Positions 1-6,808 of a DNA stretch of 29,947 bases are shown here, in pieces. Position 1 is the stretch's first letter, and every line of letters begins with the position of its first letter. The position numbers and the translations under genes were made by a program. The notes below the pieces were generated by a model. That model did no database searches and was not told where the DNA came from. It worked only from the letters and a program-made list of their open reading frames with translations. Source of the DNA: a virus (taxonomy: Duplodnaviria; Caudoviricetes); IMG/VR virus record IMGVR_UViG_3300044825_001615, positions 1-29,947 of that record. The stretch is one strand, 5' to 3'.

Positions 1-473
1 TCCACTTCGACGGATGCAATGGCAAGCCGTACAAGCCATGCAAATCAATGCTCAGGGTTCTCTTGAGAGCATGGGGGAAAGACGCATCGAAATATACAGG
101 CCGATCGATTACACTATATCTCGACGAGGCAATCCGGTTCGGTGGAGCCGCTGTCGGTGGAATCAGAATCAGCCATCTGTCGCACATCGCAGGCCCTATC
201 ACGATGGCCCTGACGGTGACGCGAGGGACGAAGAAGGCGTACACGGTCAGACCGCTGGACGTCGCCTCATTACCGGATCATCCGCCAGCAGAAGCAGACC
301 CTGTGCTCATATCCGCCGGCCTTGCCGCATCCTCAGAAGGCGTCGAGATTTACACGCAATGGCTTGGAGGATTGACGCCTGATCAGAAGGAGCAGATCAG
401 GAACATGCACCAGGAATGGTCGAAACGGGCGAAGCTCGCAGACATGGACATGGATAAAGGGCAAGACCAATGA
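1..473 (+). CDS. Conserved phage protein of unknown function (5' partial; frame open from window start)
   Basis: Frame is open from nt 3 (HFDGCNGKPYKPCKSMLRVL...WG...Y.GR...FGG..VGGIRISH). I recognise this pattern from phage early/recombination regions. Its stop overlaps the next ATG (ATGA at 470-473). Confidence 0.75.
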   Translation, partial: HFDGCNGKPYKPCKSMLRVLLRAWGKDASKYTGRSITLYLDEAIRFGGAAVGGIRISHLSHIAGPITMALTVTRGTKKAYTVRPLDVASLPDHPPAEADPVLISAGLAASSEGVEIYTQWLGGLTPDQKEQIRNMHQEWSKRAKLADMDMDKGQDQ

Positions 474-1609
474 ACACCACAGGTACATCACTCACCGTAC
501 AGCAGCGCGCATCGGTCGCGATCGGCGGCAGCGAGTACGAGGCCGAACTGAAAGAGATGGCATCTCGGTCGGCCGGGATCGTCGCCATATCGAACCGGGC
601 AGGACTGCAGGAGTGCCACGCCGCCAGAATGGGACTCAAGAGAACGCGCCTGATGATTGGCGACAAGGCCAGAGCGGCCACCGAAGACGCGAAGGCGTTT
701 GTCGCCGCCGTCGGCGTGCGGGCAAAGGAACTGGTCTCCATCCTGACGCCGGAAGAATCGCGTCTTGGTGAGTTGCAGTACGGATACGAAGCCGAACAGG
801 AGCGACTCAAGGAAGAAGCCAGTAGGGTCGGACGGGAGAGGGTCAACGCAATTCTCGACCGCATTTCTGAGATTTCAGCACTCCAGTTCGTCGCCGCAGG
901 GAAACCGCTTTCTGGGGCCATCCAGATCCTGGAGAAACTCGAAAGTGTCTCGATCGACGACAGCTATCAGGAATTCGCATACCGCGCTGTGACCGTGTTG
1001 CAAGCGACAAAGGATGCAGTCAGGAAAATCATCGAACAGATCGGGGCCGAAGAGGCCGCAAGGGAAAAGGCAGAAGAAGATGCCGCATGGCGCGCTGCAG
1101 AGGCCGAGTCCGCGCGCATCGCAAAGGCAGAGAAGGACGCCAAGCGCGCCGCAGAACGAAAAGCGGAAGCTGACCGACTTGCAGCAGAACGCAAGGCGGA
1201 AGCTGATCGGCTCGCCGCAGAACGCGCGAAATTGGCCGCAGAGAAGGCGGAATTCGACGCAAGTCGGGCGGCTATTCTGGCAGAAATCGAGGCAGCCAGG
1301 AAGCTCGCAGAGGAGAAGGACGCGGCAGCGCGCGCCGAGGCCGAGAAGGAAGATGCCATCAGACGGGCGCAAGAGGCTGAAGAAAAGCGCATCGCAGACG
1401 AAGAGGCGGCAAGGGCACGCGCCATCATCACTGACAAGCTGGAGCGCATCGCCGCCGAGTGCGAGACACTGACACCTCATCAACTCGACGCGGTTCTTCT
1501 GGCAATCGTCAAGATTCGCGACAAGTGCGGAGATCTTCAGGATGGAGAGATTGACGACAGCGACCGCATCCACATCGATGTCGCGGTGTCGATACTCCCA
1601 TGCTTCTAG
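470..1609 (+). CDS. Phage coiled-coil protein, Ala/Glu/Lys-rich C-terminal half
   Basis: 379-aa ORF with ATGA coupling to the upstream gene. Long AEK-rich helical region contains a tandem AAERKAEADRL repeat. Confidence 0.8.
   Translation: MNTTGTSLTVQQRASVAIGGSEYEAELKEMASRSAGIVAISNRAGLQECHAARMGLKRTRLMIGDKARAATEDAKAFVAAVGVRAKELVSILTPEESRLGELQYGYEAEQERLKEEASRVGRERVNAILDRISEISALQFVAAGKPLSGAIQILEKLESVSIDDSYQEFAYRAVTVLQATKDAVRKIIEQIGAEEAAREKAEEDAAWRAAEAESARIAKAEKDAKRAAERKAEADRLAAERKAEADRLAAERAKLAAEKAEFDASRAAILAEIEAARKLAEEKDAAARAEAEKEDAIRRAQEAEEKRIADEEAARARAIITDKLERIAAECETLTPHQLDAVLLAIVKIRDKCGDLQDGEIDDSDRIHIDVAVSILPCF
1148..1225 (+). repeat. In-frame 33-bp tandem repeat (~2.4 copies) encoding AAERKAEADRL
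   Basis: Units at 1148-1180 and 1181-1213 plus a partial at 1214-1225; the copies differ only at synonymous positions. Confidence 0.8.
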
Positions 1610-1675
1610 CAGGAATAAACCAATCACAACCGGCCGCAGTGAGTGCGGCCCAATCACCATGGAGCAGTCGACAGT

Positions 1676-2296
1676 ATGGAAAGCCTCGTAAGAAGAAACG
1701 AAATTCTCCGTTCACAGAAGGGGCCTCGTTGGAAGATTCTCCAGGCCCTGAGAGAGCATGGCCCACTGACTTGCGAGGAGATCGCTCAGCATACCGGGCT
1801 GTTATCGGCTGTTGTCGGCAACAACGCCAGAGCAGCAAAGGCTGACATGCTGGTCGATAGGGGTGGCTTCGACGACGTTACAGGAAGGCCGATCTACAAG
1901 ATCACGGCCGCTGGGCGCGATTGGCTCAAGTATGGGGTGGTTCCAGAAAAGAAGTCCGTGGAGAACACCCCCGACATGCCGTCCGAACAGGACAAGGATG
2001 TCGACTCCGGATGTCATGACAAACCTGAACATGAACCCGATCCGTCTATCGAGGAACCTGTGACAACTGATCCTGAACACGAGCCTGAACCGGAAGATCA
2101 AGGCGACGACCTATATGCTGTCGTAATGCTGGATGATGTATCGAGAGTCGTCTCTGCAGCGCTCACCAAGGGAAGGAAGAACGCAATCATGGAAGCGACA
2201 TCATCATCCATGGAAACCGGAAAGGACATTACCATCTACCGGACTTCCAAAATTGGGATTGTGAAGATGACGCCAGTATTCGAGGATCTGAAATGA
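1676..2296 (+). CDS. Putative winged-HTH DNA-binding protein with acidic Pro/Glu/Asp linker
   Basis: ILQALREHGPLTCEEIAQHTGL...YKITAAGR resembles a wHTH. ATG 1676 follows GGAG at 1661-1664; the ORF track gives an alternative GTG start at 1643. Confidence 0.65.
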   Translation: MESLVRRNEILRSQKGPRWKILQALREHGPLTCEEIAQHTGLLSAVVGNNARAAKADMLVDRGGFDDVTGRPIYKITAAGRDWLKYGVVPEKKSVENTPDMPSEQDKDVDSGCHDKPEHEPDPSIEEPVTTDPEHEPEPEDQGDDLYAVVMLDDVSRVVSAALTKGRKNAIMEATSSSMETGKDITIYRTSKIGIVKMTPVFEDLK

Positions 2297-2326
2297 CGTG
2301 CCATGCAGCAGTTCAACCAGATCGCT

Positions 2327-2434
2327 GCCGAACGGACGCAGCAGACGGCATCTGTACCGTTGATCGAGACGCAAGTTGATCGGCGTTGGAACGGAGGACG
2401 CTTGCGGATGGGCATGCTGACCGCCGTGTTGGCA
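2327..2434 (-). other. attC-like site 1 (degenerate, long central stem)
   Basis: Minus strand: TGCCAAC-ACGGC-GGTCAGCA...TGCTGCG-TCC-GTTCGGC. Internal + strand stems are CATCTGTA/TGCGGATG (G:T wobbles) and CCGTT/AACGG. L' box and spacer are imperfect. Confidence 0.55.
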
Positions 2435-2455
2435 GATATTGGGATCTATACTACG

Positions 2456-3832
2456 ATGAAATATAACGATTTTGTAGGCGCAAAACTCGGCACTGACTAC
2501 GCTTCTGGAATCGATGCCAAATTGCGCGACTACTCACTATTTCCGCACCAGCGCGATTTAGCATCATGGGCCTTGCGAAGGGGTCGGGCGGCCATTTTCG
2601 CCGACACCGGGCTCGGCAAGAGCAGAATTCAGTTAGCTTGGGCAGATATGGTGCATCGTGAAACGGGGGGAGATGTACTGATCTTGGCTCCGTTGGCGGT
2701 GGCCGAGCAGACGGCGGAGGAAGGATCGAGTATCGGCGTCACTGTAACCCATGCCAGAGAAGCAGATGACGTGCGGCCAGGCATCACGATCACGAACTAC
2801 GACCGGATGCACAAGTTTAACGCGGCACGGTTCGCGGGAGTGGTGATGGATGAGTCGAGCATCATCAAGCACCACGCGGCAAAGACGCTGCAAAACATGC
2901 TTGATTCATTCCGGGACACCCCCTACAAGCTATGCGCGACGGCGACTCCTGCCCCAAACGACTGGACCGAACTCGGCAACCACGCCGAATTTCTCGGCGT
3001 TCGATCGCGGGCCGAGATGCTCGCCGAGTTCTTCGTCCATGATGGAGGCGACACGCAGACATGGCGCATTAAGGGCCACGCGCGGAAGGTGTTCTGGCGG
3101 TGGGTAGCATCGTGGGGAGCAATGGTTCGCTCGCCGGCGGACTTGGGCCACGACGCCAGCGCATACGCTATTCCTCCGTTGAACGTGCATCAGCACACGG
3201 TCGAAACCGAGCACAACCATGCGCATGGATTGTTTGCCATGGAGGCGCAAACCCTCATGGAACGCCGCGACGCTCGCCGAGCATCGATTGTGGAGCGTGT
3301 GCGGGCATGCGCCCACATGGCTAACTCCGACAGTGATCCGTGGGTTATATGGTGCGACCTCAATGCCGAAGGAGACGCACTGACGGCGGCAATTGACGGC
3401 GCGGTGCAGATCGCCGGCAGACACGATGCCGATGTGAAGGAACAGCGGCTGCATGACTTCGCGCACGGCAAGATTCGCGTGCTGGTCAGCAAGCCGTCCA
3501 TCTGCGGATTCGGTCTCAACTGGCAGCATTGCGCCAACATGGCTTTTGTCGGCGTGACAGACTCATTCGAGGCGTATTACCAGGCCGTGCGCCGCTGCTG
3601 GCGCTTCGGCCAGAAAAGGCCTGTCAATGTGCATGTCTTCTCCAGCCAACAGGAGGGCGCCGTTGTTGCAAACCTGCGGCGAAAGGAATCCGACGCCCGC
3701 GCGATGGCTAACGCGATGGCGGCGGAAACTCTTGATGCGGTGCGTGAAAACATCCTCGGACGCACCAAGGACACCAATCCATACGAACCTATATCACGCA
3801 TGCAAGTTCCATCATTCATGGTGGCTGCGTAA
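2456..3832 (+). CDS. SNF2-like / superfamily 2 DNA helicase
   Basis: Q-motif LFPHQ, Walker A ADTGLGKS, Walker B variant VMDESS, motif III TATP, GFGLNWQ and motif VI YQAVRRCWRFGQ. Start moved to ATG 2456 (MKYNDF) because the ORF-track extension from 2303 runs through attC-like site 1. Confidence 0.88.
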   Translation: MKYNDFVGAKLGTDYASGIDAKLRDYSLFPHQRDLASWALRRGRAAIFADTGLGKSRIQLAWADMVHRETGGDVLILAPLAVAEQTAEEGSSIGVTVTHAREADDVRPGITITNYDRMHKFNAARFAGVVMDESSIIKHHAAKTLQNMLDSFRDTPYKLCATATPAPNDWTELGNHAEFLGVRSRAEMLAEFFVHDGGDTQTWRIKGHARKVFWRWVASWGAMVRSPADLGHDASAYAIPPLNVHQHTVETEHNHAHGLFAMEAQTLMERRDARRASIVERVRACAHMANSDSDPWVIWCDLNAEGDALTAAIDGAVQIAGRHDADVKEQRLHDFAHGKIRVLVSKPSICGFGLNWQHCANMAFVGVTDSFEAYYQAVRRCWRFGQKRPVNVHVFSSQQEGAVVANLRRKESDARAMANAMAAETLDAVRENILGRTKDTNPYEPISRMQVPSFMVAA

Positions 3833-4053
3833 TGCAAACTCGCTATCAATCATTCGTTGAATCTTGCATCAACGTCGCCATCGGCTACGGCGTAGCACTG
3901 ATGTCACAGATTATTGTGTTCCCGCTTTTCGGCATTCACATTTCGCTGTCGAGCAATATCGCCATTGGAGCTATTTTTACCGTCATTAGTATCGCCCGCA
4001 GCTACGCTGTGCGGCGCGTTTTCAACAAACTGCATGGGGTGCCGCGCGCATGA
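3832..4053 (+). CDS. Small two-TM phage membrane protein (DUF7220-like)
   Basis: MQT..QSFVES..NVAIGY...QIIVFPLFG...FTVISIARSYAVRRVFN pattern with two hydrophobic segments. Translationally coupled at both ends (TAATG, ATGA). Confidence 0.75.
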   Translation: MQTRYQSFVESCINVAIGYGVALMSQIIVFPLFGIHISLSSNIAIGAIFTVISIARSYAVRRVFNKLHGVPRA

Positions 4054-4925
4054 ACTGCATTGACCAGACAATCGGCGAGAACTTCGCCTTGTACCACGGA
4101 GATTGTGTTGAAGTGCTCCACGGCCTGCCGGCCAAGAGCGTGCATTACTCGATCTTTTCGCCTCCGTTTGCGAGCCTCTACACCTACTCAAACAGCCCGC
4201 GAGACATGGGCAACTGCCGCAGCAATGATGAATTCTTCGAGCACTTCGGCTATCTCGTGGATGAACTGGCGCGCGTAATGCAGCCTGGGCGCAATGTGTC
4301 GTTCCACTGCATGCTGTTCCCTGCCAGCAAGGAGCGGGACGGGTTCATCGGCCTCAAGGATTTCAGAGGAGACTTGATACGCGCATTTCAAGCCAAGGGA
4401 TTCATTTTCCACAGCGAGACCGTGATCTGGAAAGACCCGGTAACTCAGATGCAGCGAACGAAGGCGCTCGGGTTGCTACACAAAAGCGTCCGCGAGAACG
4501 CGAGCATGTGCCGCCAGGGCATTCCAGACTACCTCATCACGATGAGAACGCCCGGCGATGTGGCAGAGCGCGTGAAGCATACGGCCGACGACTACCCGGT
4601 TGAGAAGTGGCAGCAGGTGGCCAGCCCGGTATGGATGGATATTAACCCATCCGACACGCTCCAATACATGAGCGCCCGCGAGCACAACGACGAGCGGCAT
4701 ATCTGTCCTTTGCAGTTGGAAGTGATACGGCGCGGCGTCGAACTTTGGACGAACCCCGGAGACATTGTTCTATCGCCTTTCGCCGGGATCGGAAGCGAGG
4801 GCTACGTGGCGCTGCAAATGGGGCGAAAGTTTGTCGGTGCTGAACTCAAGGCGAGCTATTACCAGCAGGCAGCCATGAACCTAGCGAACGCAATGCGCGG
4901 GACTGCCGACCTGTTCACAGCGTAA
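4050..4925 (+). CDS. Beta-class amino (N4-C/N6-A) DNA methyltransferase
   Basis: LYHGDC, catalytic SPPF, HICPLQ and SAM-binding SPFAGIGSEG, in beta-class order (catalytic motif before FxGxG). Confidence 0.9.
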   Translation: MNCIDQTIGENFALYHGDCVEVLHGLPAKSVHYSIFSPPFASLYTYSNSPRDMGNCRSNDEFFEHFGYLVDELARVMQPGRNVSFHCMLFPASKERDGFIGLKDFRGDLIRAFQAKGFIFHSETVIWKDPVTQMQRTKALGLLHKSVRENASMCRQGIPDYLITMRTPGDVAERVKHTADDYPVEKWQQVASPVWMDINPSDTLQYMSAREHNDERHICPLQLEVIRRGVELWTNPGDIVLSPFAGIGSEGYVALQMGRKFVGAELKASYYQQAAMNLANAMRGTADLFTA

Positions 4926-4929
4926 TTCA

Positions 4930-5025
4930 TGCCAACGTGATGGTGATCAGCCTGACGCACACCGACACCGATTGAACAACCACCGCAGCTTGATGCGGCA
5001 GGCATGTTCGACCGCATGGTTGCTC
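4930..5025 (-). other. attC-like site 2 (96 bp)
   Basis: Minus strand: GAGCAAC-CATGC-GGTCGAAC...GATCACC-ATCAC-GTTGGCA. Unpaired G at 5010 on the + strand; internal stems GCCTG/CAGGC and CCGCA/TGCGG. Confidence 0.72.
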
Positions 5026-5049
5026 GAATTGATCATAACGAATGGAAGG

Positions 5050-5289
5050 ATGATGGATCAGTCGATTGAACTACTGCGCAAACGTGCGCAGGCAAGCGGT
5101 GGTGATGCGCTTCTTGAGGAGGTGGCGGATGAGCTTGCCAGGATGCGGATACTTGCCGGAGACGCTTACGTAGCATGGGACCATGACCGCGACGCTAGGG
5201 TCGGAAACATGCTGCTGGCCATGTGTGATGACAAGTTCTGCCAGACGTACCGGCCAGATCTGTGGGCGCCTAACGCAGAGGTGAGCTGA
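5050..5289 (+). CDS. Hypothetical phage protein (cassette cargo)
   Basis: ATG at 5050/5053 after GGAAGG, just past site 2. The ORF-track TTG start at 4972 lies inside the site. Ends PNAEVS* inside site 3. Confidence 0.6.
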   Translation: MMDQSIELLRKRAQASGGDALLEEVADELARMRILAGDAYVAWDHDRDARVGNMLLAMCDDKFCQTYRPDLWAPNAEVS

Positions 5290-5333
5290 CTGCGCGGCTT
5301 TTCGCGCAGGTCAGCTCGACCGCCTGGTTAGCA
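5268..5333 (-). other. attC-like site 3 (66 bp)
   Basis: Minus strand: TGCTAAC-CAGGC-GGTCGAGC-TGACCTGCGCGAAAAGCCGCGCAGTCA-GCTCACC-TCTGC-GTTAGGC. R' fits GTTRRRY; 8-nt L'' versus 7-nt L'; unpaired G at 5318 on the + strand. Confidence 0.9.
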
Positions 5334-5353
5334 CCTGGCGCAAAGGAGAAGAC

Positions 5354-5857
5354 ATGAAACGACTGGAATACCCGATGAACCACGAATGGCATGTGGCGAT
5401 CAACCGACACCACGACGGGAAGATTGGCGCTCCCGACTGGAAACGATGGATGTACGAAGCGAAGGCGATGGCGGACGAAGTGCCGCGCATGGCGCTGGTG
5501 CTCGGCATGGAGCGGCGCGGAGAACTCGCCAAGACGCACAAGCAATGCTCGATGACGCCAGCAGTACCGGTGCAGAGCAACCACCTGACATGCTGCCTCG
5601 GCGTGAAGTGCGCGGAGTGCCCTGAACTGCTGGCGCTCGACAATATGGAACGGGTAACGCCAGAAGAGATTGACACCGCAAAGGCTTGGACGTGCGCGGC
5701 CCACATTGTTTCAGAAGGCGGCGACATGATGAACGAAGGATACCTGCTCGACGTGAGCGACAGGATGTACTTGGACAACGTGTGCGAGAGCCTGAGCCAA
5801 GGTGATGAAGTGGCTAACGTTGCGCTAACCGGCGAGCCGAAGGCGAGTCCGAGTTGA
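5354..5857 (+). CDS. Hypothetical Cys/His-containing protein (cassette cargo), possibly metal-binding
   Basis: AAGGAG RBS at 5343-5348; HKQC...TCCLGVKCAECP...WTC cluster; stop codon lies inside site 4. Confidence 0.75.
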   Translation: MKRLEYPMNHEWHVAINRHHDGKIGAPDWKRWMYEAKAMADEVPRMALVLGMERRGELAKTHKQCSMTPAVPVQSNHLTCCLGVKCAECPELLALDNMERVTPEEIDTAKAWTCAAHIVSEGGDMMNEGYLLDVSDRMYLDNVCESLSQGDEVANVALTGEPKASPS

Positions 5858-5871
5858 GCGCAGGGTCAGCC
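5812..5871 (-). other. attC-like site 4 (60 bp)
   Basis: Minus strand: GGCTGAC-CCTGC-GCTCAACT-CGGACTCGCCTTCGGCTCGCC-GGTTAGC-GCAAC-GTTAGCC. R'' has GAC instead of AAC; unpaired G at 5856 on the + strand. Confidence 0.82.
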
Positions 5872-5899
5872 GGCACTATCCGGTGCGAAAGGACAGACG

Positions 5900-6118
5900 A
5901 TGAGCGAAGAAGACGATAGCGCCCCAGACATACAGCCGGAACCAGGCGTGGCGCCAAGCGTATGGACGTACTCCACGATGAATCGCATGAACTGCAGAAC
6001 AACCGTTCACACCACAGAAATTGTTGACGGTGTTTTGTTCGTCGCCGTGCTGATTTACGGAGGAGACGGCCGCCTCGAAGAAAAGAGACTAACTCGCGCC
6101 GACATGGTGCGTGCGTAG
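5900..6118 (+). CDS. Hypothetical protein (cassette cargo)
   Basis: AAAGGA RBS upstream; the ORF fills the space between sites 4 and 5. Confidence 0.6.
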   Translation: MSEEDDSAPDIQPEPGVAPSVWTYSTMNRMNCRTTVHTTEIVDGVLFVAVLIYGGDGRLEEKRLTRADMVRA

Positions 6119-6121
6119 GCC

Positions 6122-6179
6122 GGCTAACGCTGCCAATAACCGGCAGCCGTAGGCTGTCCGGTTGATTGGCTTGTTAGGT
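6122..6179 (-). other. attC-like site 5 (58 bp, textbook architecture)
   Basis: Minus strand: ACCTAAC-AAGCC-AATCAACC-GGACAGCCTACGGCTGCC-GGTTATT-GGCAGC-GTTAGCC. The + strand folds into a perfect inner stem with exactly two extrahelical bases, T6157 and G6164. Confidence 0.92.
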
Positions 6180-6204
6180 GTGTGGCTCCGAAGCGTGGAG
6201 AACT

Positions 6205-6589
6205 ATGAATGAGTTGGCTTTATTCGCGGGCGCTGGTGGAGGCATTCTCGGAGGCCGTGCCGTTGGATGGCGAACCGTGTGCGCCGTGGAGTGGGACACC
6301 TACGCTGCTGGGGTACTGCTCGCCCGACAAAACGACGGACTGCTTGAGCCTTTCCCGGTATGGGACGACGTTCAGACCTTTGACGGACGACCTTGGGCGG
6401 GAACTGTTGACGTTGTTTCGGGCGGCTTCCCCTGCCAAGACATCAGCAGCGCAGGCAAAGGCGCCGGGATTGACGGCGCGCAAGGGCTACGCTATTACCG
6501 ACGAGGCGGTTGAGAACAGCGCCTCGGAAACCCTGTGGTGCAGCCCTCACTGTGTGCCGGAGAGGCAGAAGCAGGAGGCGCTGTTTTGA
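6205..6589 (+). pseudogene. Truncated C5-cytosine DNA methyltransferase, fused out of frame to the 3' end of another (probably adenine methylase-like) gene
   Basis: GGAG RBS, then MNELALFAGAGG (motif I), CAVEWD, WDDV and SGGFPCQDIS (catalytic motif IV). Similarity ends at ~6482 and the frame stops at 6513, so motifs VI-X are missing. The +1 frame ends TARKGYA...ETLWCSPHC...LF*. Confidence 0.78.
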
Positions 6590-6593
6590 AGTG

Positions 6594-6660
6594 CCCTAAC
6601 ACGAAGTAGACACCTTATTCGTGGTCTACTTCATCAAAAAATGGAGTAGATACCTTTTTT
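6594..6660 (-). other. Putative attI-like array terminus
   Basis: Core site GTTAGGG on the minus strand (CCCTAAC, 6594-6600) with no partner R'' box. Adjacent are an inverted repeat GAAGTAGAC/GTCTACTTC (6603-6632) and a direct repeat AGTAGA(C/T)ACCTT (6605-6616, 6645-6656) in an AT-rich stretch. Confidence 0.5.
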
Positions 6661-6686
6661 CCGATTTCCAACGACCTGGAGACCCT

Positions 6687-6794
6687 ATGCTCCTGACAAT
6701 CCAACAGGCTGCTGGCCGTGAATTGCATTTGGTATGGCGCAGAATTCAGCGTAACCAGACCATGAGTCCGCTGAGTATTTCGCGGTACTTCTAG
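6687..6794 (+). pseudogene. 35-aa ORF, possible excisionase (HTH) N-terminal remnant
   Basis: GGAGA RBS at 6678-6682. MLLTIQQAA resembles the start of Xis/HTH_17 proteins, but the resemblance does not continue. Confidence 0.3.
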
Positions 6795-6808
6795 AATATG
6801 GATCGAGA

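Larger units (their letters stand above)
2327..6660 (-). mobile_element. Integron-like gene cassette array: 5 attC-like sites plus attI-like end, antisense to the cargo genes, no integrase in window
   Basis: Sites at 2327-2434, 4930-5025, 5268-5333, 5812-5871 and 6122-6179 lie at gene boundaries and show R''-L''-L'-R' architecture on the minus strand. Cassette ends are mostly complementary. Confidence 0.8.

Noticed and set aside
2303-2455. 51-aa N-terminal extension of the helicase in the ORF track
   Set aside because: It runs through attC-like site 1, and helicase-like sequence starts at ATG 2456. Read-through from 2303 cannot be fully excluded.
4972-5049. TTG start for the ORF ending at 5289
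   Set aside because: It lies inside attC-like site 2; ATG 5050/5053 follows a purine-rich RBS-like sequence.
4930-6179. Intergenic hairpins as a CRISPR array, REP elements or rho-independent terminators
   Set aside because: They differ in sequence and length, are separated by whole genes, lack U-tracts, and share attC box spacing and extrahelical bases.
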